A stretch of 32,000 bases of DNA from Nitrospirota bacterium (lineage in GTDB: Bacteria; Nitrospirota; UBA9217), in contig CAWIYV010000004.1 of NCBI GenBank assembly GCA_963840455.1, positions 42,770 to 74,769 on the forward strand. Direction: 5' to 3'. A model generated the notes under the pieces. It was not told the DNA's origin and did no database searches. It saw only the letters and a program-made list of their open reading frames with translations. How positions within the stretch are numbered: position 1 is the first letter of the stretch; the number at the start of each line of letters is the position of its first letter. The translations under genes were made by a program, and so were the position numbers. Of this stretch, positions 8,861-17,370 are shown one piece after another.

Positions 8861-9472
8861 ATGGCAGCAACGACTGATGCCGGAGAACGGAAGGCCTGGG
8901 AGACCCTGGCAACGCTCAAGACTGCCGACGTTTGCAGGGCAGCGGCCGTGAGCTATGATGCTGCGTCGGGGCTCTATACGGTCAGGTCGTTCGGACAGGA
9001 CATCGTTGTATCGCCAAAGTACCGGACGGTGTCGGGCTTGCTTCCGGTGACCGGCTGCCTTCCCGGCGAATACGGGGAATTGTTCCCGCTGGCGGTCCTC
9101 TGGTACCTGGTGCTCGCGAAGGACATTGTCCCAACGGGGAAGCTCGTCCACCTGGAGGACCTCCGCGGCGGGGACATCTTCGCCCGGGGGTCCCATGTAC
9201 TGCCGCTGGAAAAGGTGGCCAAAAGATACGAAAATGACCGGGAAGGCTTCCTGAAGAAAGGGCTTGATCAGGGAGGTGAAACAATTCCGCTCGCAGACGC
9301 GGCGGTCCGGCTCACCCCCCTGCCGCGCGTGCCAATGACCATGACGTTCTGGCTTGCCGACGAGGAGTTCCCGGCGCGGGCGGGACTCTTTTTTGATTCC
9401 ACCTGCAGTCTGCAGCTTCCCACCGACATCCTGTGGTCCCTTGCCAGGCTCTGCTGCCTCGCCCTGTTGTAA
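8861..9472 (+). CDS. Hypothetical protein, resembles the DUF3786 family
   Basis: Strong RBS GGAGG (8851-8855) 5 nt before the ATG. 203 aa. The N-terminal W..L......CR.A.V.YD......Y.V..FG pattern recalls DUF3786. This is assigned from memory only. Confidence 0.45.
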   Translation: MAATTDAGERKAWETLATLKTADVCRAAAVSYDAASGLYTVRSFGQDIVVSPKYRTVSGLLPVTGCLPGEYGELFPLAVLWYLVLAKDIVPTGKLVHLEDLRGGDIFARGSHVLPLEKVAKRYENDREGFLKKGLDQGGETIPLADAAVRLTPLPRVPMTMTFWLADEEFPARAGLFFDSTCSLQLPTDILWSLARLCCLALL

Positions 9473-9476
9473 GCTC

Positions 9477-11306
9477 CTACATCTCCACCCGCGTTACCAC
9501 GCCGTGCAGTTTGTTCGCCGGAAGCTTGAAGAACTGCACGATGTTCGGCGTCAGCTTCTTGATGACCGAGAACGCCTGCCAGCAGATGTTCGTTGCCGTG
9601 ATGTCCTCGACCCCGTAGAAGATCGTCTTCTCCCTGATGTCCGCTTCCCGAAGGATCTCCTCCACGTCGGGGATCTCCATGTACCCCATCTGGATCTCGA
9701 AGGACCGGAGCCCCGGCGCAAGGTCCTCCTTGAAGTAGCCGGTCACGCCGAAGGGATCGTCACGCCGGACGATCGAGACGATGATATTGTCCTCGTAGAG
9801 GATGTTGTTCTTGAACATGGTGTGGACCACATAAGGGGGGATCTCTTTCGCGTCCTTGGCGAAGAACAGCGCCGTGCCGCTGATCTTGTTCACGGCCTGG
9901 TAGATCTGATTATAGCTCAGCAGGAACACATCCAGCTGCAGCGGCTGGAGCGCATTATAGAGCTTCTTCTGTCCCCGCGTGTACAGCATGATCATGCTGA
10001 ACGGCATCGAAGCGATGATGAGCGACCAGAACCCGCCGTGGGGGATCTTGTAGGTGTTGGACACGAGGAAGGCAATGTTCACCACGGTCACGAAGATCGA
10101 AACGGCAGCGTGCCCGTATTTCCCGCGACGCAGGAAGATCCAGGTCATCATGAAACCGGTCAGCGTCATGGTCCCCGTGACCGCCAGGCCGTAAGCTGCC
10201 GCCAGGTTGCTCGACCGCTGGAACTCGAACATGATGAACAGCACGGCGATCAGCAGGAACCAGTTGACGGACCCGATGTAGATCTGCGACTGGCGCTCGC
10301 GTGAAGTGTAGTCGATCCTGAACATGGGCATGACGCGGGTGGCGATGCCCTGGTACACGATGGAGAACATGCCGCTGATCATGGCCTGCGATGCAATGAC
10401 CGTGGCCATGATGCTGAGCACCAGGAACGGGATGTAGAGCGGCCGGGCCTGGTTGAACACCATTTCGAACAGCACGTTCTTGGCATCGGGATGGGCGATG
10501 ACGAAGGCGCCCTGACCCAGGTAGTTGATGATCAGTGCGAAGAACACGAAGTACCATGCACGGACGATGGGCGCCCTGCCCAGATGCCCCATGTCGGCAT
10601 ACAGCGCCTCGCCTCCCGTGGCGCAGAGGATGACCTCGGACAGGACAAAGAACCCGGTGATACCGTGATCCACCAGGAAGTTGACCGCATAGTACGGATT
10701 GACGGCCAGGACGACGTACGGGGCGTGGATAATGGACGCGAGACCGGACAGCGTGAGCGCCGCGAACCAGACGATCATGATCGGGCCGAACGCCGCAGCC
10801 ACCTTCTCCGTTCCCTTTTTCTGGACCGAGAAGAGGGCGATGGCTATGAGGCCGGCGATGGCGATCAGGGCCGCCTGTTTGGTCTCCTCGAGCCCCGGGA
10901 TCAGGAGCAGGCCTTCCACGGCGCTCAGGATACTGATTGCAGGAGTAATGACGCCGTCGCCGATGATGAGAGAGATGCCGATGAAGGAAAGCAGGGTGAT
11001 AAAGGTCACCTGCCTGCCGGACCGGAGGAGCGGGACGAGGATCTCCCGCAGCACGATCGTGCCGCCCTCGCCCCGGTGGCCGAGACTCATGGCAAGCCAG
11101 GCGTACTGGACCGTGACCAGGAGGATGAGTGTCCAGACGATGAGCGACAGGACACCGACCACATGCTCATCTGTTACCGGCTTCGGCATCAGCAGGAAGA
11201 TGACCGTGAGGGTGTAGATGGGGCTTGTGCCGATGTCGCCGAACACCAGGCCGAGCGACTGAACGATGCCGCGGAGAGAGATTTTTTTCTTCGTCATAGC
11301 GCCCAT
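9477..11306 (-). CDS. kup: KUP/HAK/KT family potassium transporter
   Basis: GLVFGDIGTSPIYTL signature near the N terminus, about 12 TM helices, and a cytoplasmic C-terminal domain. 609 aa. An alternative start is the ATG at 11297. Confidence 0.9.
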   Translation of the reverse strand: MGAMTKKKISLRGIVQSLGLVFGDIGTSPIYTLTVIFLLMPKPVTDEHVVGVLSLIVWTLILLVTVQYAWLAMSLGHRGEGGTIVLREILVPLLRSGRQVTFITLLSFIGISLIIGDGVITPAISILSAVEGLLLIPGLEETKQAALIAIAGLIAIALFSVQKKGTEKVAAAFGPIMIVWFAALTLSGLASIIHAPYVVLAVNPYYAVNFLVDHGITGFFVLSEVILCATGGEALYADMGHLGRAPIVRAWYFVFFALIINYLGQGAFVIAHPDAKNVLFEMVFNQARPLYIPFLVLSIMATVIASQAMISGMFSIVYQGIATRVMPMFRIDYTSRERQSQIYIGSVNWFLLIAVLFIMFEFQRSSNLAAAYGLAVTGTMTLTGFMMTWIFLRRGKYGHAAVSIFVTVVNIAFLVSNTYKIPHGGFWSLIIASMPFSMIMLYTRGQKKLYNALQPLQLDVFLLSYNQIYQAVNKISGTALFFAKDAKEIPPYVVHTMFKNNILYEDNIIVSIVRRDDPFGVTGYFKEDLAPGLRSFEIQMGYMEIPDVEEILREADIREKTIFYGVEDITATNICWQAFSVIKKLTPNIVQFFKLPANKLHGVVTRVEM

Positions 11307-11549
11307 CCCGGCAGGGCCCCCTTGAGATAGTGGAACACCTGGACCCTACCGTTCAACCGGCCAGCCACGTAGATGCGGTCGTTCCCATCGATGGCGATCC
11401 CCGCCGGGAGAGGAAAATATCCTGACCGGGGCCCAAACTGCCCGATAATGAGCAGAACATTCCCCTGATGGTCAAATTTGAACATTGCTGAAGGCCGCGT
11501 CGGTCACGATACTGGACAGTACCGCTATGAAGAATCGATTGTGGATCAT
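11294..11549 (-). pseudogene. NHL-repeat (beta-propeller) protein remnant, 5'-truncated and frameshifted
   Basis: ORF 11294..11485 encodes FKFDHQGNVLLIIGQFGPRSGYFPLPAGIAIDGNDRIYVAGRLNGRVQVFHYL, which is a typical NHL blade. A different frame (11472..11549) encodes ...SSIVTDAAFSNVQI*, the end of the preceding blade. The two join only by a 1-nt shift near 11472-11485. No further NHL blades lie upstream. Confidence 0.5.
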
Positions 11550-11647
11550 ATTGCAAAGGTATGCAGACAATGATCGACTGTTAGTATACCATAAAAACAG
11601 GTGTCCGCCTCTTACTTTCCAGGGTAATCCCGCAGAACACTGAAGAG

Positions 11648-11781
11648 TTAGCGCTCGCTCCTGGATTTAAGCTCCCTGCTGCAAGAGGCATGGAGCTTCG
11701 ATCCTCAGAGAACTCTGTTATTCTAATCGCTCGCTGGCCCCGCGGCAGACTGCGGGGAATGCGCTCGCTCCTGGATTTAAG
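11648..11781 (+). repeat. Modular hairpin-rich repeat, locus A (M3-M1-M2-M3)
   Basis: A perfect 21-bp direct repeat GCGCTCGCTCCTGGATTTAAG occurs at 11651-11671 and 11761-11781. It flanks M1 (11670-11707, AGCTCCCTGC...TTCGATCCTCA) and M2 (11720-11757, ATTCTAATCGCTCGCTGGCCCCGCGGCAGACTGCGGGG). The same modules recur at 15823-15981. Confidence 0.65.
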
Positions 11782-11848
11782 GTGAATTGTTGACTGCGAT
11801 GGCAGCTTCCCCGGGGCCATCGACCATCGCAGTACCGGTAAATATGTT

Positions 11849-11877
11849 CTTGACAGGCTATGCGATATTCGTTTAAA
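11849..11877 (+). promoter_or_regulatory. Candidate sigma70 promoter for the cytochrome gene
   Basis: TTGACA (11849-11854), 17-nt spacer, TTAAAT (11872-11877). It is followed by a leader of about 70 nt ending in the palindrome ATCCGG-CCTT-CCGGAT (11933-11948), just before the ATG at 11951. Confidence 0.45.
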
Positions 11878-11950
11878 TATACCCTATGAAAAATATCAGC
11901 TGCCAGCACTGCCAACTGAAAGAGATCTATTGATCCGGCCTTCCGGATGA

Positions 11951-12772
11951 ATGTCTGATATGGCACGGTACCCGGCAAGGCTGTGTATGCTCAGCGTAGA
12001 GATCATGACCGTCCTCATCATGGGTGCTGCGCTGGCCTGCGTGAGCGACACCACTTCGGAAGGCATTTCAGGGACGCAATTCGATCTCGTCTGGAAATAT
12101 CCAAAACTCCCCCCTCCGGCCCAGTACGGCAATATCCTGATCAGCCGCCTGACCCGCAGCAGCACGCACCTGCCGGTCGCCTTCTCACACTGGGTCCACC
12201 GGCGCTTCTATACGTGCCGTGTCTGCCATTTCGAGCTGAACTTCGCCATGAAGACGAACGCGTCGGACATCACGGAAGCAACGATCCGGAAGGGCGATTA
12301 CTGTGGGGCATGTCACAACGGCAAGATCGCGTTCGGCATCAACGATTCCACATGCGGGAACTGTCACACCGGCAAGATCAACTCGTCCGATGACCGCTTC
12401 TCTCTCCTGAAGGACTTCCCGAAGGCAAGATACGGTGACGAGATCAACTGGGTCAAAGCGCTCAAAAAGGGCCTCATTACGCCGAAGCAGAGTCTCTTTA
12501 ATCCGGACTATGAGCCGATCCAGTTCGAAAAGATCCTGCGTCTTGAGCCCGAAAGGAGGATGATTAAGACCCGGGCGATCTTCCCCCACCAGAAGCACAC
12601 CGATTGGCTCGACTGCGCCGATTGTCATCCCGGCATCTTCAACATCCAGAAGAAGGGCGCCCAGCGTTTCCGTATGGACTACATCAATAGCGGGATGTTC
12701 TGCGGCGTCTGCCACCTCACTGTCGCCTTCCCTGTCCAGGACTGCAGGAGATGCCACCCTGACCTGAATTGA
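11951..12772 (+). CDS. Hexahaem c-type cytochrome (two c7/c3-like trihaem modules), probable lipoprotein
   Basis: Six CxxCH motifs: CRVCH, CGACH, CGNCH, CADCH, CGVCH, CRRCH. The motif set is internally duplicated: F[SP]H..H..(4-5)C..CH ... G.[YF]CG.CH ... AF ... C..CH occurs twice. The N terminus ...IMTVLIMGAALAC looks like a signal or lipobox. The true start may be the ATG at 11960, 11987 or 12005. Confidence 0.8.
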   Translation: MSDMARYPARLCMLSVEIMTVLIMGAALACVSDTTSEGISGTQFDLVWKYPKLPPPAQYGNILISRLTRSSTHLPVAFSHWVHRRFYTCRVCHFELNFAMKTNASDITEATIRKGDYCGACHNGKIAFGINDSTCGNCHTGKINSSDDRFSLLKDFPKARYGDEINWVKALKKGLITPKQSLFNPDYEPIQFEKILRLEPERRMIKTRAIFPHQKHTDWLDCADCHPGIFNIQKKGAQRFRMDYINSGMFCGVCHLTVAFPVQDCRRCHPDLN

Positions 12773-13193
12773 CCCCACCCGATCCCCTGGCCGTGTGCAA
12801 TGAGCGCTCCCCGACGACCCTGTCCAGATCATGCTCGATCGCTGCAGTGACGCATGAACGAAAACGGTGGTTGAAACACAGATGAACACGGTTTAAAGAG
12901 CGGAGCAGAACCTTATGAGACGGAGGAACGTCACCCCACGGGTGATTCTTGTGTTTGGTTTATGATTCTGGAATATCCGTGTCGCTGAGAAGCGCCTGCT
13001 TTTGGTTATCCGTGTTGATGCGCGGCCAATGATTTTTCAGGATCAGAGACCTGACGAGCAGGGTCGGGCAATACGAGCGGGAGCGCTGTAGCGCGGTCAG
13101 CGGTACCGGAAACCGCGGAGTCAGCCTGCAAACGCTAGCCGCTGTAGCAGAGCAGCCGGGAGCACCATTCGCCTTCGGGTTCAACAGCAACGG

Positions 13194-13295
13194 TCAGATC
13201 AGACCAAACCGTTTCATGCGCCGGCGGAACGCGTCGCGGGGCATTTTCAGCAGCTGCGCAGCCCGGGTCTTAGTAATGCCATGGTTCAGGCGCTC
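13194..13295 (-). pseudogene. Orphan C-terminal Fis-type HTH (HTH_8) tail of a deleted sigma-54-dependent response regulator
   Basis: The minus-strand frame reads [33 protein letters not shown] (stop at 13194-13196). This matches the ..G(N)...AA..LG..R..L.RK.K..G. tail of NtrC-family activators. It begins immediately at the kinase stop, in another frame. No REC or AAA+ coding precedes it. Confidence 0.55.
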
Positions 13296-14776
13296 CTTGT
13301 TTGTTCTTCGTTCTTGGGCAAGGGAAGGGTGATCGTGAAGGTCGCTCCCCTGCCCGGCGCGCTCTCCACGCCGAGTTCGCCTTTGTGCTGCTCCACGATC
13401 CGTTGCGTAATGGACAGACCCAGCCCCGTGCCCTGATGGCGCGTGGTGAAGAAGGGGATGAATATCCTGCCCAGGTTCTCGGGCGTAATGCCATCCCCGG
13501 AGTCCGTGAAGACGATCTTGATCGCGCCGGGAATGTCGCCTTCACGCTCCTCGGCCCGCGTTTCGACCGAGAATTTTCCGCCCTCCGGCATGGCCTTGAT
13601 GGCGTTCAGGGAGATGTTCAAAAGGGCCTGCTGCATCAGGTCCGGATCAAGGACCAGCCACGGCAGGCCGACCGTGAGCTTCCGCTCGACAGTGATGCCG
13701 TGTTTGGCGAACTGCGGCGAAAGGAAGTCGATAAGCTTCCCGATGAGCTCGTTGATGTCCACGAGAGTCATCTTGGGTTCGGGCGGCCGGGCGAAGGAGA
13801 GGAGGTTCCGGACCGCCTTGTCCATGCGCTCCACCTGGGACAGCACCTCGTCCAATATGCCACGTTTCGGGTCACCGGCCGCGATGTCCTTCTTCAGCAC
13901 CTGGATCACACCGGCAATGCCCGCCAACGGGTTTTTGATCTCATGGGCGATGCCGGCCGCCATCTCGCCGATGGATGCCAGACGGTCCGCCCGTTTCATC
14001 TGCTCGTAATGGTATCGCTCCACCCGGCGCCGGGCACGCTCCAGCTTGGACAGGAGCGAGTTGAACGCCTCGCCGAGCCTCCCGATGTCGTCGGCGCTCC
14101 TTACCTGCACCCGCGCCTCCAGCCCCCGCTCGGCGCGCTCCATGGTAGCAATGAGGTCCTGGATGGGGTCCGTAACGAACCGGGTCAGGAAGAGCCCGAG
14201 GAGGAGCGCCAGCGTCGCGGTGATGCCTAAGGCCCAGAGTATCATGGTCTTGCTGAGCTCGCCTACCTTTTCCTGCGTCTGGACCATGGACACGTCCACG
14301 GCCAGGATGCCGTTCAGCTTCGTCGAGGACCCATGGCAGCGAACGCATTGTTCCGTGTTCGCGATCGGGAAGAGCACGGAAAACACGCCTTCGTCCCGCC
14401 GCTTGATGGGCTTCTTGAACTCGCCCTCCAGGAACCATTTCTGGGTGGCGGCATCGACCTTCCGGCCGATCAGCCACGGTTTCGATGACTTCAGGATCAC
14501 GCCGCTGGGGCTGAAGATCTTCAATTCCCGGATATTCTGGTAGGTGCCGACGGCTTCGAGGACGTGCTGGACCTCCTTGCTCATGCCGTCCAGCATGGCG
14601 TTCGCGAGGCTCTGCTCGATGGTATTGGAGATGATGAGGACGTTGTCCTCGAGTGCGGACTCCATCTGTGCACGCTGGTAGCCGATGTTGATCCACGTAC
14701 CCGTACCGATGATGACTGCCAGGATGGCGGACACCGAGATGATGATCTTGCTCTTGAGGCTCGAGACGAATCTCAC
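13286..14776 (-). CDS. Sensor histidine kinase (TM, periplasmic domain with CxxCH, TM, HAMP, HisKA, HATPase_c)
   Basis: H-box [16 protein letters not shown]-box [13 protein letters not shown]-boxes DSGDGI and GTGLGLSI, and a HAMP after the second TM. The periplasmic segment contains CVRCH, a c-type haem attachment motif. The GTG start at 14776 overlaps the pyrD TGA (GTGA). Confidence 0.9.
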   Translation of the reverse strand: MRFVSSLKSKIIISVSAILAVIIGTGTWINIGYQRAQMESALEDNVLIISNTIEQSLANAMLDGMSKEVQHVLEAVGTYQNIRELKIFSPSGVILKSSKPWLIGRKVDAATQKWFLEGEFKKPIKRRDEGVFSVLFPIANTEQCVRCHGSSTKLNGILAVDVSMVQTQEKVGELSKTMILWALGITATLALLLGLFLTRFVTDPIQDLIATMERAERGLEARVQVRSADDIGRLGEAFNSLLSKLERARRRVERYHYEQMKRADRLASIGEMAAGIAHEIKNPLAGIAGVIQVLKKDIAAGDPKRGILDEVLSQVERMDKAVRNLLSFARPPEPKMTLVDINELIGKLIDFLSPQFAKHGITVERKLTVGLPWLVLDPDLMQQALLNISLNAIKAMPEGGKFSVETRAEEREGDIPGAIKIVFTDSGDGITPENLGRIFIPFFTTRHQGTGLGLSITQRIVEQHKGELGVESAPGRGATFTITLPLPKNEEQTRSA

Positions 14777-15708
14777 GCCGTCCTCACCTGCCCGACCAGC
14801 TCCCGCACGCTGCCGACACCCTGCTGCTCCAGGAACGCCCTGATGCCTTCCGCCACATCAACGGTCGCGCGGGGGTTCACAAAGTTCGCCGTCCCTACGG
14901 CGACCGCGGAGGCCCCTGCCAGGATGAACTCCAGGGCGTCCTCGGCCGTCATGATGCCGCCCATGCCGATGATCGGCAGGCTGACCGCTTTCGCCGCCTG
15001 CCAGACCATGCGCACGGCGACCGGCCTGATCGCCGGGCCGGAGAGCCCGCCCGTGCAGTTCGCCAGCCTCGGCCTCCGGCTCCGCACGTCGATGGCCATG
15101 CCGAGGAGCGTGTTGATGAGGGACAACCCATCGCACCCTGCATCGCGCGCCGCCTTCGCGAACTCGGTGATGTCCGTCACGTTCGGGGAAAGCTTGGCGA
15201 TGACCGGGAGCTTCGTGGCCTTCCGCACGGCCGAAAGGAGCTCAAAAGCGGCCGTGAGGTTCGTGCCGAACACGATGCCGCCGGCCTTCACGTTGGGGCA
15301 CGAGATGTTCACCTCGAGGCCGGACACGCCGGGCACACCGTCCAACCGCTCCGCCACGCCCACGTACTCCTCGAGACTGTAGCCGAAGATGTTCACGATG
15401 ACCGCCGTATCATAGATCCTGAGGAATGGGAGCTTGTCCCGGAGAAAGACGTCCACGCCCGGGTTCTCAAGGCCGATGGCGTTCAGCATGCCCGCCGGAG
15501 TCTCCCAGATGCGCGGCGGCGGGTTTCCGTTGATCGGTTTGAGGGAGATCCCTTTGACGATCACGCCGCCGAGCCGGTTCAGGTCGACGATATCGGCGTA
15601 CTCCTCACCGTAACCGAAGGTCCCCGACGCGGTCAGCACCGGGTTCTTCAGCTTGATCCCGGCGAAGTCGATGGCGAGATCGATGCTCATTTTTTTCTTT
15701 GGCTGCAT
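14773..15708 (-). CDS. pyrD: Dihydroorotate dehydrogenase (class 1B) catalytic subunit
   Basis: [51 protein letters not shown] and IGMGGI motifs. Paired with pyrK upstream. The ATG at 15708 (GGAAG 8 nt upstream) or at 15690 is preferred over the listed 15753. Confidence 0.9.
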   Translation of the reverse strand: MQPKKKMSIDLAIDFAGIKLKNPVLTASGTFGYGEEYADIVDLNRLGGVIVKGISLKPINGNPPPRIWETPAGMLNAIGLENPGVDVFLRDKLPFLRIYDTAVIVNIFGYSLEEYVGVAERLDGVPGVSGLEVNISCPNVKAGGIVFGTNLTAAFELLSAVRKATKLPVIAKLSPNVTDITEFAKAARDAGCDGLSLINTLLGMAIDVRSRRPRLANCTGGLSGPAIRPVAVRMVWQAAKAVSLPIIGMGGIMTAEDALEFILAGASAVAVGTANFVNPRATVDVAEGIRAFLEQQGVGSVRELVGQVRTA

Positions 15709-15822
15709 AGACGCGCTTCCGTTGATACGGACACTGTTGGCGGCAAGGATCATGAAGAGGAAAAAAGATATGCTGTCTTACGGGCCCAGCCTGCGCTCTT
15801 ACCCTTGTACCGCCTCGTGTTG

Positions 15823-15981
15823 AAGCTCCCTGCAGTAAGCTGCAGGGAATCTTCGGTCCTCAAGGTAGTAATAGATCATTCTAATCGCTCGCTAACCCGC
15901 TGCACTCGCGGGTCCACTCGTAAACGCTGGGGGCAGGACCCCGCAGCAAGCTGCGTGGTTAGCGTTCGTTCCTGGATTCAC
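15823..15981 (+). repeat. Modular hairpin-rich repeat, locus B (M1-M2-insert-M3)
   Basis: M1 at 15823-15862 (AGCTCCCTGCAG-TAAG-CTGCAGGGAATCTTCGGTCCTCA). M2 at 15878-15913 (ATTCTAATCGCTCGCTAACCCGCTGCACTCGCGGGT). M3 at 15959-15981 (TTAGCGTTCGTTCCTGGATTCAC). Module order and orientation match locus A. It lies in the pyrK-pyrD spacer. Confidence 0.65.
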
Positions 15982-16021
15982 CTTTCGACCAGGAACAGAG
16001 AATACGTTACGCCATAAAGTT

Positions 16022-16087
16022 CACCGGGGACACCGAGGAAAAAATCGGCAAGCATGTACGCACATTTTTTTGTGGTCTCTGTGGTAA
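16022..16087. repeat. Degenerate periodic inverted-repeat element (R9)
   Basis: Left arm CACCGGGGA CACCGAGGA (16022-16039). Right arm TGTGGTCT CTGTGGTAA (16071-16087). It is nested inside the GCAAGCAT (16048-16055) / ATGCTTGC (16091-16098) pairing, directly after the pyrK stop. Confidence 0.4.
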
Positions 16088-16097
16088 AAGATGCTTG

Positions 16098-16901
16098 CTA
16101 GAGTAATTTGACAGCCCACTCGACCTCGCGCGAGTCGAACACCGGTCCTTCCTTGCAGACGCGCTTGTATCCGCCCGCCTTCATGGCAATGGAGCAGCCC
16201 ATGCAAACGCCCAGGCCGCAGGCCATGCGCTCCTCCATAGAGACATAACAGGGTACTGCGTGCTCTGCGGCGAGCCTGCTTACCGCGGCGAGCATGGCAT
16301 GGGGACCGCAGGCGTAGATGACCGGCCGGCCGTCGCGCGCCTGACCGGAAAGATATTCCGCAAGGCTGTCGGTAACGAAACCGCAGGTGCCGCGGCTGCC
16401 GTCCTCGGTGGCGTAATGGATGGCCTTCACACGCGAACGGAAGTCCTTCATGGCCGACATCGGCGGCAGGCATTCTTTATCGCGGGACCCCGCGAACACC
16501 CGGGACTGTTTTCCGTACCGGGCCGCAAAATAGAGGAGCGGCGGGAACCCGCTGCCGCCTGCGATGAGAAGGGGCGTCGCGCCCTTTGCCGGTGCCGGGA
16601 AACCGTTGCCCAAGGGTCCAATAACGGACAGAATGCTTCCCTTCTTAACCGCCGTAAGCAGAGTCGTACCCCTGCCAACCACCCGGTAGTAAAGTTCAAG
16701 GGACCTCTTTGCGATGATCGAGGAAATGCCGAAGGGACGGGCAAGGAGCGGGTCAAGGTTCTCCGACACCCTGAGCATGACGAAATGGCCGGGGACGGAG
16801 ACAGAGGCAAGCGCCGGCGCCTGGAGCACGAGCCGATAAAATCCCCTGCCTGCCGGCCGGTGATGGAGCACGGTCGCGCGGTGCAGCTTACTCGACGGCA
16901 A
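16098..16901 (-). CDS. pyrK: Dihydroorotate dehydrogenase electron-transfer subunit (FAD / 2Fe-2S)
   Basis: RPFGIS FAD-binding motif, a GGSGFPPL NAD-binding-like motif, and the C-terminal cluster MACGLGVCMGCSI. The listed start is a TTG that overlaps greA by 14 nt, so the start is uncertain. Confidence 0.9.
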   Translation of the reverse strand: MPSSKLHRATVLHHRPAGRGFYRLVLQAPALASVSVPGHFVMLRVSENLDPLLARPFGISSIIAKRSLELYYRVVGRGTTLLTAVKKGSILSVIGPLGNGFPAPAKGATPLLIAGGSGFPPLLYFAARYGKQSRVFAGSRDKECLPPMSAMKDFRSRVKAIHYATEDGSRGTCGFVTDSLAEYLSGQARDGRPVIYACGPHAMLAAVSRLAAEHAVPCYVSMEERMACGLGVCMGCSIAMKAGGYKRVCKEGPVFDSREVEWAVKLL

Positions 16902-17370
16902 TCTCGATCTCCTGGATCTCGTATTCCACGGTCTTGGCAGGCGTGGTGATGGTCACCACGTCGCCCACCTTGTGGCCGATGAGCGCCTTGCCCACGGGCG
17001 ACTGCACCGAGATCTTGCCTTTTTTCAGGTCGGCCTCTTCCTGGCCCACCAGGGTGTACTTCCTGATATCGCCGGATGACCTGTCCGCAAGCGTAACCGT
17101 CATGCCGAACACGACCTTTTCGTTCGTCAGTTTCGAGACATCGATGATCTGGGCGTGGGCAAGCTTGTGCTCCAGCTCGCGCTTCTTGGCGTCGATGTGG
17201 CCCTGGCGCTCCTTCGCAGCGTGGTACTCGGCGTTCTCCGAGAGGTCGCCATGTCCCCGGGCCTCCTCGATGTCCCTGATGTTCTTGGGGCGCTCCACTT
17301 TCATCAGGTGGTCGAGCTCCTTCTTGATCTTTTCGTAGCCCTCTCTGGTCATCGGAACTTTCTTGGTCAT
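16888..17370 (-). CDS. greA: Transcription elongation factor GreA
   Basis: [15 protein letters not shown]...[30 protein letters not shown], plus a C-terminal FKBP-like domain. 160 aa. ATGA overlap with the carB stop (17367-17370). Confidence 0.95.
   Translation of the reverse strand: MTKKVPMTREGYEKIKKELDHLMKVERPKNIRDIEEARGHGDLSENAEYHAAKERQGHIDAKKRELEHKLAHAQIIDVSKLTNEKVVFGMTVTLADRSSGDIRKYTLVGQEEADLKKGKISVQSPVGKALIGHKVGDVVTITTPAKTVEYEIQEIEIAVE

Noticed and set aside
11651-11781. Possible CRISPR array (perfect 21-bp direct repeat)
   Set aside because: There are only two copies, 89 bp apart. The intervening sequence is itself a dispersed repeat (modules M1 and M2), and no cas genes are present.
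12876-13024. Possible tenth copy of the periodic inverted-repeat family (CACAGATGAACACGG ... CCGTGTTGATGCGCGG)
   Set aside because: The arms are short and about 120 nt apart, and the 9-nt phase is not maintained. It is too degenerate to call as a feature and is mentioned only as a trace.
12960-13190. 76-aa minus-strand ORF downstream of the kinase
   Set aside because: It has no RBS and no recognisable motif. It lies in the presumed deletion scar and degenerate repeat region.
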